Shown here: positions 53,830 to 64,000 of the stretch, one piece after another
Numbering within the stretch: the stretch's first letter is position 1
Layout: every line of letters begins with the position of its first letter
Source: Trichoplax adhaerens
Lineage: Eukaryota > Animalia > Placozoa
Assembly: GCF_000150275.1 (NCBI RefSeq)
Contig: NW_002060966.1
Location: forward strand, 688,880 to 752,879
DNA: 64,000 bases
Direction: 5' to 3'
Position numbers and translations under genes: made by a program
Notes under the pieces: model-generated
What the model saw: only the letters and a program-made list of their open reading frames with translations
What the model was told of the DNA's origin: nothing
The model's database searches: none

Positions 53830-56800
53830 TTATCTATAATCGCTACTATCGCTATGGCTCGTTAACCATGATAATTTACCATCTACGTATTTAACTTGCT
53901 CTTTAATGATTAAATCAATAGCTTGTGGATAACATCGGTGCTCTGCTGTTTTAATTCGTTGGCTTAAGGTCGTCTCTGAATCATCAGGCAATATCGGTAC
54001 ACTTTCTTGAACTATGATAGGGCCGGAATCAACCTTCGCCTACATTTCAATTTTTGTATTGAGATTATAACAAAGTGTGCAAATATATGATTATAACTAA
54101 GCTTATGCCAACGAGAGAATATATCAGACACTATATGTGGCACAGAAGCAAGATTCATATTATCAGTAGAATTAGAAATATTACCTCAACGAAGTGAATA
54201 GTGCAGCCTGTTATTTTTACTCCAGCAGTGAGAGCTTGTAAAACTGCTCCACAACCTGGGAATGCAGGCAGTAAGGATGGATGCGTATTTATTATTTTCC
54301 CCTTCCACTGATTAACAAAATCTATAGTTAAAATTCTCATAAATCCTGCTAAGCAGATTAAGTTAACAGATTTTTCTTTTAACACATGATCCAGTTCCTT
54401 TTCAAATTGCTTCCGCGTAGTATAACGTTTATGATCAATTACCTAAGGAAACAAACTCATTAAACGCCGTTCATTTTCATCGAATTCTAATATTGGTTTG
54501 CACTACTATGTTATCATTAATTCATCATTTGAATAACAATTTCTAATGGTAAGTTGTTAGAAAAGATTATGATAGTCTAAATGCTTACGATATTTTCAAT
54601 GTTATTCTGCCTTGCTCGCTCAAGTCCCGCTACTTTATCGACATTAGAAATAACCAAAACTACTTCTATTCGATATTTTTCAGCTTTAGCGTAATCTATG
54701 ATCGCTTGTAGATTGGTTCCAGTGCCAGAAATCAGAACAGCGAGACGATACTTTTTGGGCAACGAAACTGAAATATTTTTAACTGTTACAACGCCAAAAG
54801 CTTTTATGTCATTATCAGCTCAGAAAGATGTAGAAATTAAAAAAGCCAATTACCTACGATGTTTTGATCATACAGAACTTCATACAGATGTTGCACTTGA
54901 ATTTTTAGCTCTCCAGGTCTAATACTTTCAATATTGCCTATAGACCAGTACTCTTCTCCGCTGGCTGCTAATAGTTCGAGCAATGCATTGTGAGCATTTG
55001 CACTACAAATCAGTACAGCTCCAATGCCACAGTTAAAAGTTTTTAACATCTCATCAGGGTAGACATTGCCTGCTCGGTAGTAATAATTAAAGTAGATTTA
55101 AAACTCACAATCTATTTATCGAGAATTCGACCTACTGTCTTCGTACATGCTGCACCGTTTACCTTCGTTTGCTATCCATTTAAATACATCAGCCATTTTC
55201 CATTGATGAGCATCAATTACTGCTTTACAATTTTGGGGTAAAATGCGGCTAACATTATCTACTAAGCCACCGCCAGTAATATGAGCATAAGCTTTCACCA
55301 ACGATGATCTTAGCACCGACAATAATGATCGACAATAAATTTTCGTTGGAATTAAGAGGGCTTTACCTTTAGAAAATGTTATGAAGCAGTCAGAATTTTA
55401 TTGATCTTCGCATATGGCGAAAATTTCTTCATAAAAGTATTATAAAACAAAACTGGTATGCAGTCGTTACTCTAGCCATTTATACATACCTAATGACATT
55501 GGAGCTGTACCAATATTGGATGAATGAATCGAAAATGGTGCCGGCATATCATAATGTAACTGTTTTTGTTCAACAATTCGTCTAATTAAGCTGAATCCGT
55601 TGCTATGAATTCCCGATGAAGCAATACCTATCACTTTATCTCCTACACCCGTATTTGCAAATAATAATTTGGATATGGGTCAGTCCTCTTATTAGAAACA
55701 ATCACTTCAAGCTAATTATAATTAATTATCGATGAAGAAGATGTCTGGCATTTTCTCTCATATATCCGAATAGGTCTTGGCAAATGATAAAAGCTATGAA
55801 ACCTACCGGGTATAATCGTATCTATTTCAGGTAGATCCTGACCGCGTTCGACATATCCTATAGCAAATCCGGCAAGATCATATGTACCAACAGGATAAAG
55901 CCCTGGCATTTGAGCAGTTTCACCACCAACAAGAGCACAACCAGCTATACGGCAGCCAGTTGCAATCCCGGAAAGTATGGCTTGGATAACTTCTTTGCCA
56001 AGAGAACTGTATGAAATGTAGTCCAACATAGCAACAGCTTCAGCGCCTCTTGCTAGGAGATCATTAACGGACATGGCAACAAGATCAATTCCAATACTAT
56101 TATGATAATTAATTTCTTGACAAATCTAATTTTGTTAAAGATTCCATTTTGACAAAATAATTAGGGATTATATGGCGTCTATAATTAAATATCCAGCGGC
56201 CAAAAACAGCCTTTAAATTATAAAAATCATACCATTAACTTAGTCCCAACACCATCTGTAGTGACAATAATAGACGGACTTTGATATGTGGTAGCTGAGT
56301 AATCTAATAATGAGGCAAACCCTCCTATTTCTTCACTACAACCTCGCCTAAGCGTTGACTTAGCCAGTGATTGTATATTTGCCACGAGATCATTACCAGC
56401 TCCAATATTAACTCCGCATGCTTTATAAGTTAGGCCATCAGGTAATCTGCATCATTCAATGGTCACTGTATTATTCACGTAACTGTTATCGATATTGCGT
56501 CCTTTATATATACGGTATATACGGAAATAGTACCATGTTGGCTCATTTAAGAACTGAAATCACTTTTTGCTATATTTAAATGGTTAGTTAATGATTTTAC
56601 TGTATTTAAATTATAATTATGCTCCATTAGATTGTAATAGAGAACAGTTATGTTTTGAAATTTAGGTCCTACATTGAAGTACAACTTGTTTTACTAATTT
56701 TGCATTAATAGAATACCAGGATAATCAATTTAGTCCATATAACTATAACGTATACAAAACGTGTTAGATCTCGTCTATGAAGAAAGCATTCCATTTACTG

Positions 56801-59259
56801 ATGGAAAGGAACAGAAGTGAATGAAACTTGTAAAGTCAAAAATTACCTATCACTATCAAGCCAAGATTTAGCACCGATATCTTTCCGAAACATCTTTCCT
56901 TCAAAGTTAATGCAATCAATAGCCCGATAAGCTATGATTGATGCTTTAGAAAGAGACGATGCTTTGGCGGTCACTGTCATAACTCTTCCTTTTTTAGTTA
57001 ATACTTGGTGATCCATATTATCTAAGCATTGATAAATAAAATCTTATAGCAATACTGTGATCGCTAACATAATAGCTTCAAAATCTAGAATGTTTATTAA
57101 CGTAAATTTAGCGGTAGATTGAAATTCCTACAAATTTCGATGCTACAGTATGTAGCAAAATGGAATTATACGCGTAAATAAAAATTTTTTAACAGTAGTA
57201 ACATAATCGTACATGAGAAGATTAAAGCTAGCTCTTAAAGTATTTCCGATGCGCAATCATTTGTAGCAAGTTACTATAAATGATTCGAAGCTCACACGAT
57301 CACGATAAGATCTGCTATTAGTCGTTTATGTCGACCATTATCTCGTTTTTAATCAAAATATTCAGGTCAGATTGATTTATAGGTATTTAATACTACGATA
57401 CTAGGATGCTATGCAGATATTATGTAAATTTCAATTTTTACCTGTTAATGCAGTTCCAGCGTGGAATATTTCTATACCAGCAAATGTGGCAGCTTTATTA
57501 ATGCTATAAATTTCAACATCAGTCTGGTATGGTCCTGGGTAACCTCTACTCACTAATACTACTCCTACGGCATAATCTGGATGCCATTCAACGATACGAT
57601 TCAAGTTTTGCTTGATGCAATCTTCCAGAATATTGAACAAGTCGCTTTTCAGTAAAGGTAGTAAAACCTAAAGCAACATGACAGCGCTGTTCACACTAAC
57701 GCCTATTCTTAGTATTTCTAGTTATGAAAGAATAGCTGAATACAATTTATTTGCTAATACTATTAAAAATGAAACCCATACAGTCCTACCAGGCCATCAA
57801 TCAGCCATTAGGCATGTACTACTATTTCTTGGAGTTTTACCTGTGCTTCAGGATCACCCAATCTACAATTGAACTCTAGTACTTTCGGACCGTCATTTGT
57901 AAGCATTATGCCAGCATATAAGATCCCGTTATATGGATGGCCAAGGCTTTTCATTTTTGAAATGATCTTGAGTATAATTTCTTCCCGGATACATCTGTCA
58001 TCGTCATCTGAAACCTAATATTGGCATGTTACAAAATTTAGAAGGCTTTATTAATGGCTTGCTTACAGGATAATGAGTTTATTCTGGTCGCATTTTAGCA
58101 TAATTATAGCAATGCATATTAATATTACAACTTTCAAGTGTAGAGCTATCTTTGCAAAATTCATCAATGAATACTAACCTTAGTATATGGAGCAAATGCC
58201 CCCATTCCTCCTGTATTTGGACCTAAATCGCCATCGTATAGTCTCTTATAATCGTGGACGTATGGCATTATGCTGACATTAGCCCCATCGCAGAAAGCTA
58301 GAACCTAATGAAAATCGTGTACATATAGTTAGCCTTTATTCCAATCTACAATCGAATGAGCCGTAAATCCTTTAAAAAGGGAAAAGTACAGCATATTTCT
58401 TGATTAATGACTAGCCCATTACCGAGATTTCATCTCCATGCAAGCATTCTTCAATAATGACCTTTTTCTCTCCAAATTTATTATTCTGTACGGAACAAGA
58501 ATAGTCAAGACATTACTACAGTTGATAGTTTCGAGCTCGTTCAAGTAACTTGAAAGATAAAATCTACCGCAAAATGATAGCTGTAATACGTACTATTAAA
58601 ATGTCGATGATGGCTGTTTCCGCTTCTTCTTGACTACAACAAATAGTAACACCTTTTCCAGCTGCAAGGCCATTTGCTTTAATAACGTAACGAGATTGTT
58701 GATTGCTACAATTAAAAGAAAAAATAACTTGGATCATTTTGTGTGCAGTACCGCTTGTGGTGTTGTAATTAATCGCAATCTTCCCAAAGCTAAAGAATTT
58801 AAAGTAAGTATGACCACAAGTACGGCAATGGTCGTTTTTAAACTACCTTCCAATGTAATCGATCGCTTCTTGAAATTGAGTAAAGGATTTCCATTTAGCG
58901 GTAGGAATATTGCATGACTGCATTATTTCCTTGGCATAGCACTTATCCCATTCCAATCTTGCAGCTGCTTTACTTGGACCAAAGCACGGAATTTGTCTCT
59001 GTTGTAAGAAATCGACTATTCCATCGGCCAAAGGTGCCTCAGGTCCAACGACCACCATCGCTATTCGCTCATGCTGGCACCAGGCTGAAATTTCATCAAA
59101 ATTGTTCAATGAAAGATGAACATTAGCTGATTTCCATTCATTTTCGGTACCACCATTGCCTGGTGCTACATATACCTTCTGAATATCAGAATTTTCAGAC
59201 AGTTTACAAGCTATTGCATGTTCCCTGCCTCCACTGCCAAGAACTAGGACCGTTTTCAT
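53830..59259 (-). CDS. GART: Trifunctional purine biosynthesis protein GARS-AIRS-GART, multi-exon
   Basis: GARS: [35 protein letters not shown]; AIRS: [30 protein letters not shown]; GART: [48 protein letters not shown]; stop at 53830-53832. Confidence 0.97.
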
Positions 59260-59500
59260 TGAGCGTATTGCAAACAGCGGCTACGTTTTGCTCTAAAGTT
59301 GGCCAAATCAATGGATTTGAAAATCAAATTTTAGCGTCTGATAGGCCCACAAGTACCGAAATAGTCGGACTCAAGTCTGATAATTGTATAATTATATGCA
59401 GTCAAGATTGTAAAATAGGGATGCCTTGATTGTACAGTCTTCCCATTTACGACAGGATACAGTAATGTTCATTTGACTTTAAAGTTCTACTCTTACGGTA
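59260..59500. promoter_or_regulatory. Probable compact bidirectional promoter between GART and a divergent gene
   Basis: GART ATG at 59259 on minus; plus-strand donor ttacg|gtaagt near 59497 and spliceable exons downstream. Confidence 0.45.
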
Positions 59501-59732
59501 AGTTGTATTGGTTGTCTGCCTACAGAGTTTTATCCTTAACTACTGTATGATGGTGTCATGATGGCGCCAAGTGAGAAATTCCTAACGGTATCGCAGAAGC
59601 CGCCACTACACGCAAATCTAGTTTAAATCAGTGGATGGATATTCAGCATCATTATAATAAACAGTAATGACACTTTAGACCATTCTAAAATTTGATTTCT
59701 TTATTTATTCAAGATATTAGCTGAGCAGACCA

Positions 59733-60471
59733 ATGTCGTCGCACGACGAGTATGCAGAATAATTTATTAACCAATGCTCAATATGAAGCCTTTGCCACAT
59801 GATGGAATTGCTTTTTAAATAGAAATACACGATATTAAGAACAATATAATATGTTAATGATAACTGGTGTGATATTTTATTTGATAGATAGTAATTCTAC
59901 GGTAATTCATGTTGGATTGTATCTTGAGTATGACCGTTTTTAATGCAAATAGTTTGTCAACACAATATTTATAAAGGTAGGTGCTAAATTGAAGAACCTG
60001 AGGCTAAAGTGTCTAGTTTAAGCAATACGCACGAAGAATACAGCGGATGATTGATTAATTAATCTATAAAGTTATTCACCGTACGCTAGCGTTTGCTGTA
60101 CATTGTGATCGTCTATCGATAAGATGGATGCTTGTAAGACCGAAAAATTTCAATTTTCCTGATTAATAAATCTTTTTTAATAGTAGTTTACCTTTGGTAA
60201 TGAATAATTGTGCCAAAGCTATGAGCAGATTCCGTAAGCTAAAGCTTGGGACCGTGTACTGTAAGCCAAGGTGCGAAAGAGTTGAAGGACGGAGCTTAGG
60301 TGAGAACTTTATGACTCCTCTATTTGTCCCAACTTGTAGGCAATACCAAATAACCAATTAGTGCATCAGGAAGTATTTGGAGTCAAAAAATATTTATAAG
60401 AGCAAGCAATGCCCGTATAAATACTAAATACTATTTGCCTTGATTCCAACAGATCATACAAATAAGCACAT
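59733..60471 (+). CDS. 5' exons of an unidentified gene head-to-head with GART (59733-59749, 60184-60299, 60452-60471)
   Basis: In-frame GT-AG splicing gives MSSHDDSLPLVMNNCAKAMSRFRKLKLGTVYCKPRCERVEGRSLDHTNKHM; no family recognised. Confidence 0.45.
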
Positions 60472-60678
60472 GGTAAGTGAAGCATTCCGCTTAGTAAAGA
60501 ACTACGCCAAATATCGCGAACTGTGTGCTAGTCACCGTTCTATATATATAAATCGCCTTAAATATCCTAGAAATAAACAGCAGGCTCGAGTATTAGCTTG
60601 ACATACAGTACAGTAGTCAATGCTTCCTCTTTTAATAATTTACTAACTAAATACGAGTATAATGAATTGACTGTTGTA

Positions 60679-61510
60679 CAAAATGGACAAATAAAGAGGA
60701 AGTATTGCCTAGATTGAACTCATGCTGCAACTGCTGAATTTGTTTCTAGAATATTTCAAATAGAGCTTTCCTATGAGCACGAAGGAACCAGAGAGGCAGG
60801 CTGCCTCTTGCAATGAAATGACAGAGCATGCTAATAAAGTCCATCAAGACAAATGAACAAAAAAGAAAGAGGAAGTAATGGCTAAATTGAACTCGCTGTG
60901 CTTGCTCCTAGAACATTTCAAATAGAGCTTTTCTAAGAGCAAGAAGGAGCCAGAGGGACAGGCTTGATAGGGAGTCTCTTGCAATGAAACGACAGAGCTT
61001 GCTAATAAAGTCCATCAGGAGAAAATGGACAAAAAGAAAGAGGAAGTATTGCCTAAATTAAACTAGCTATGCTTGTTCCTAGAATTTTTCAAATAGAGTT
61101 TTTCTATGAGTACGAAAGGAACAATGAAATGACGGAGCATGCTAATAATGTCCATCAGGACAAAATGGACAAAAAGAAAGAGGAAGTATTGCCTAAATTA
61201 AACTAGCTATGCTTGTTCCTAGAATTTTTCAAATAGAGCTTTTCTATGAGTACGAAAGGAACAATGAAATGACGGAGCATGCTAATAATGTCCATCAGGA
61301 GAAAATGGACAAAAAGAAAGAGGAAGTATTGCCTAAATTAAACTAGCTATGCTTGTTCCTAGAATTTTTCAAATAGAGCTTTTCTATGAGTACGAAGGAA
61401 CCGGAGGGGCAGGCTTGATAGCGAGCCTCTAGCAATGAAATGACAGAGCATGCAAATAAAGTCCATCAGGACAAAATGGACAAAAAGCAAGAAGAAGCAT
61501 TGCCATCATT
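60679..61510. repeat. Tandem repeat, ~5.3 units of ~170-172 bp and 140 bp
   Basis: Unit starts (aaaatggacaaa..gaggaagtattgcct) near 60679, 60849, 61021, 61161, 61301, 61472. Confidence 0.93.
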
Positions 61511-62431
61511 GACCTAATGCTCCGTTTGTTTCAGAGATCGATGAATAACTATTTACATGACTGAATACTCTAACTACAGTGCTAATTAGTCCCCAATGCA
61601 GTACACTGCTCATGACTACAGTAGGCTGGAAAAGCAGCTTTCTACAAGTGTGATTTTGAATTTCTAATTTGGCCATTTTCATTTCATTGGCTTCTTGTCA
61701 AGCCATGGATTGAATGGACTGCAACGCCCTGTAACGATGGATGGGGATGAGGTGGATGGATGGATGGATGAGGTATGAGTTCATGTCCAATGCTTTACTA
61801 TTAGAACTCTTTATTTCATCCAAGCGCATACAAAGTGGCTTACTCTCAGCATGGATTGGGTGATTGATTGTGATTGGTCCATGATGTTGTTATGAGTCAT
61901 GACGTATGACTCATGACAACGTCGACCTTTGTTTTCTGTCTTGGTGTAGTGTACTGTACTGGTGCTTGAACATGTCGTACGAATAATACAAAAGCATGTA
62001 GCGGTTGAAGACCAGTGAGCAGCGTGACGTCCAAGTCTACCATGGACATGCAAATTGAAATCAAGACTTTGAACTCGATCTTGATGCCATCGAATAACTC
62101 CAACTGGAAATCGTTCTATTCCGTTGATGATGCTTCCATTGAAAGAAGTACTTGCTAGACGATCGAGTAAGACATGACTGGAAGCCAATGGACGGGCCAT
62201 GACAGAGAAAAGGTGTCGACAATGCACCAGGGTAACATCCTCGAAGGTAGTCCAAGGGTGCCATGGCGAGGTAGGGTGGGCAAACAAGGGTAACATCGCA
62301 TGCAGGCCATTTTAGACGATGTTATCCTCAAAGGGTAGAGTATCCCGTAAGACTATTTGACGTCATCCTCGTTGAAGGGTAGTGTATTAAATAGCACTGC
62401 TTAGACTAGTCTTACAAGTCATTCAAATGCC

Positions 62432-62481
62432 NNNNNNNNNNNNNNNNNNNNNNNNNNNNNNNNNNNNNNNNNNNNNNNNNN
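62432..62481. other. Assembly gap (50 N)
   Basis: Run of N. Confidence 1.
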
Positions 62482-62893
62482 CATTTGGCTGGCATCATAC
62501 TTTGTAATGCCATGGAGGAAGCTGGTGTCGTTGCAAACGAGGACGCTTTGCTCCTTTTTTTTCTCATTATCAGACCATACGTTATACGTTGTAACTTGAC
62601 ACTGGATGGTATTTTACAGTCAAAGCAGTTTCTTCTAGACCGACATTATGAAATAGATGTGGATTACGTCGAGGAGAATAGAACGATGATTTTATTGACT
62701 TACCTATTTAGCCATTCATTTTTTGCCCTTGACTAAAGTCCATTTTAAAAAAGAATTCATTGTAATGTAGTAGTTTTCTAATTGTGTCTTAGTTAGACTT
62801 TGATGGATTGAATTGTTGTGTAGTTGATCAGAAAATGAGAAATGGATCTATTGGATTTCCAATTCAAGACTAACCTGCCATTGTATTTTATAG

Positions 62894-63728
62894 AACAATA
62901 TGAAGCTTTCGTCAAATTCACCAATGATCATATACGCAAGCAACTCAGTAATGCGCCCATGTCATGTAAGTATAAACACTAACCCATAGCGACGACTGTT
63001 TCACCACGGAAACTTGCCTTGATTGATTTTAGAATCGGTTGCAAATGCGGTCTGTTGTAAAACAGTAGTTATAGCAGATAGCGAATCCATTATTTCCTTA
63101 TAACGGTTTCAAGAAGAAATGAATGAACGATAGATTTGATAAATATCTTTCTGCTATGAACAGTACTTAGTATTAGGCTCTGTGTTGAGTAAAGAATGTA
63201 ACTCCAGTATTTGCCGTGGCAATTTATCTTTTCTATGGTACAGTATTAGAACGGCCAATACACAAACACTTGCATTTCTTGTCAAGCAATATTAAAAAGG
63301 CTTTAGAAAAATAAGTAGACCATCTGTAGTGTACAACATAAAATAGAATGATAGAGATTCAGTAGAAAAGTTATAGATAGGATTGGATACCAGTTCTTAT
63401 ATCCTTTACATGCTCTTTCATCAATTAATGATATTATGATATATACCAACCGTACACTACTGGTAGCACAAAGTAGAGGGATAACGAAATTTTAAACTTT
63501 AATTATACACCAACTCTACTCTTCAACGCAAAGTAGAATGATCAGGAAACCCTAACCTTAATTATGCAACAAAAGTATAGCGATAAGGAGATGGGCGAGA
63601 ATAACAAATAGAACATCAGATGCAAATAACTTAACCATAAACATGTTATTCGGATTATCACACTACACAATTTAATGTTCTTTTCACTTAGACCATTCTT
63701 TTTTAATCTCCTTTTAGACATTTCTTAA
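62894..63728 (+). CDS. akirin: Akirin, last two coding exons (62894-62965, 63718-63728)
   Basis: ttttatag|(E)QYEAFVKFTNDHIRKQLSNAPMS|gtaagt ... ccttttag|YIS* matches the akirin C-terminus (EQYDAFVKFTxDQI...SYVS). Confidence 0.88.
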
Positions 63729-64000
63729 GGTATGTAGGTAGCTACATTGGATTGGCGATTCATATTTTAGAAAGTATGAGTACCACTTGATTGATTGGCT
63801 AATTCCAATTTAAAAAATTCGACGGAGGATCGTGGATGGCCAGTCTATTATTGTACATTATTTCTTGATGATGTACAGTTGGATTCCCTATGGTCGTAAT
63901 ACTGTACTCATTGTACATTACATGTGATAAAGTTTTCAATCTCGTTTATTTAACTTGTTATTAATGGATGTTTGTGTCTGGTATTCATGTATAAATAATC

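Noticed and set aside
60679-61510. Possible CRISPR array
   Set aside because: Whole units repeat with no unique spacers; eukaryotic context and no cas genes

Overview
AT-rich eukaryotic (animal) genomic DNA with short GT-AG introns; gene content (TPR expansions, Roco/CARD/death-fold genes, intronless rhodopsin-type GPCR relics) suggests a placozoan such as Trichoplax, which is an inference. The left 26 kb is a rapidly evolving death-fold/immune-like locus. Several ORFs that look independent in the ORF track splice in frame into one ~1690-aa minus-strand protein: TPR - pseudo-Roc GTPase/COR - Cys4 ribbon - acidic/basic linkers - CARD, followed by a decayed death-domain exon. Almost all its introns are phase 1. 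The locus also holds a paralogue with an apparent gene-conversion tract, an inverted CARD gene sharing intron/exon modules, a TPR pseudogene and a solo-LTR-like insertion. The middle contains a divergent phospholipid scramblase gene, GPCR pseudogenes and four bacterial-like tandem-GNAT (YitH/HolE-type) acyltransferase genes with intronless CDSs. The right end has trifunctional GART, a head-to-head small-exon gene, a 140/171-bp tandem repeat next to an assembly gap, and the last two exons of akirin.
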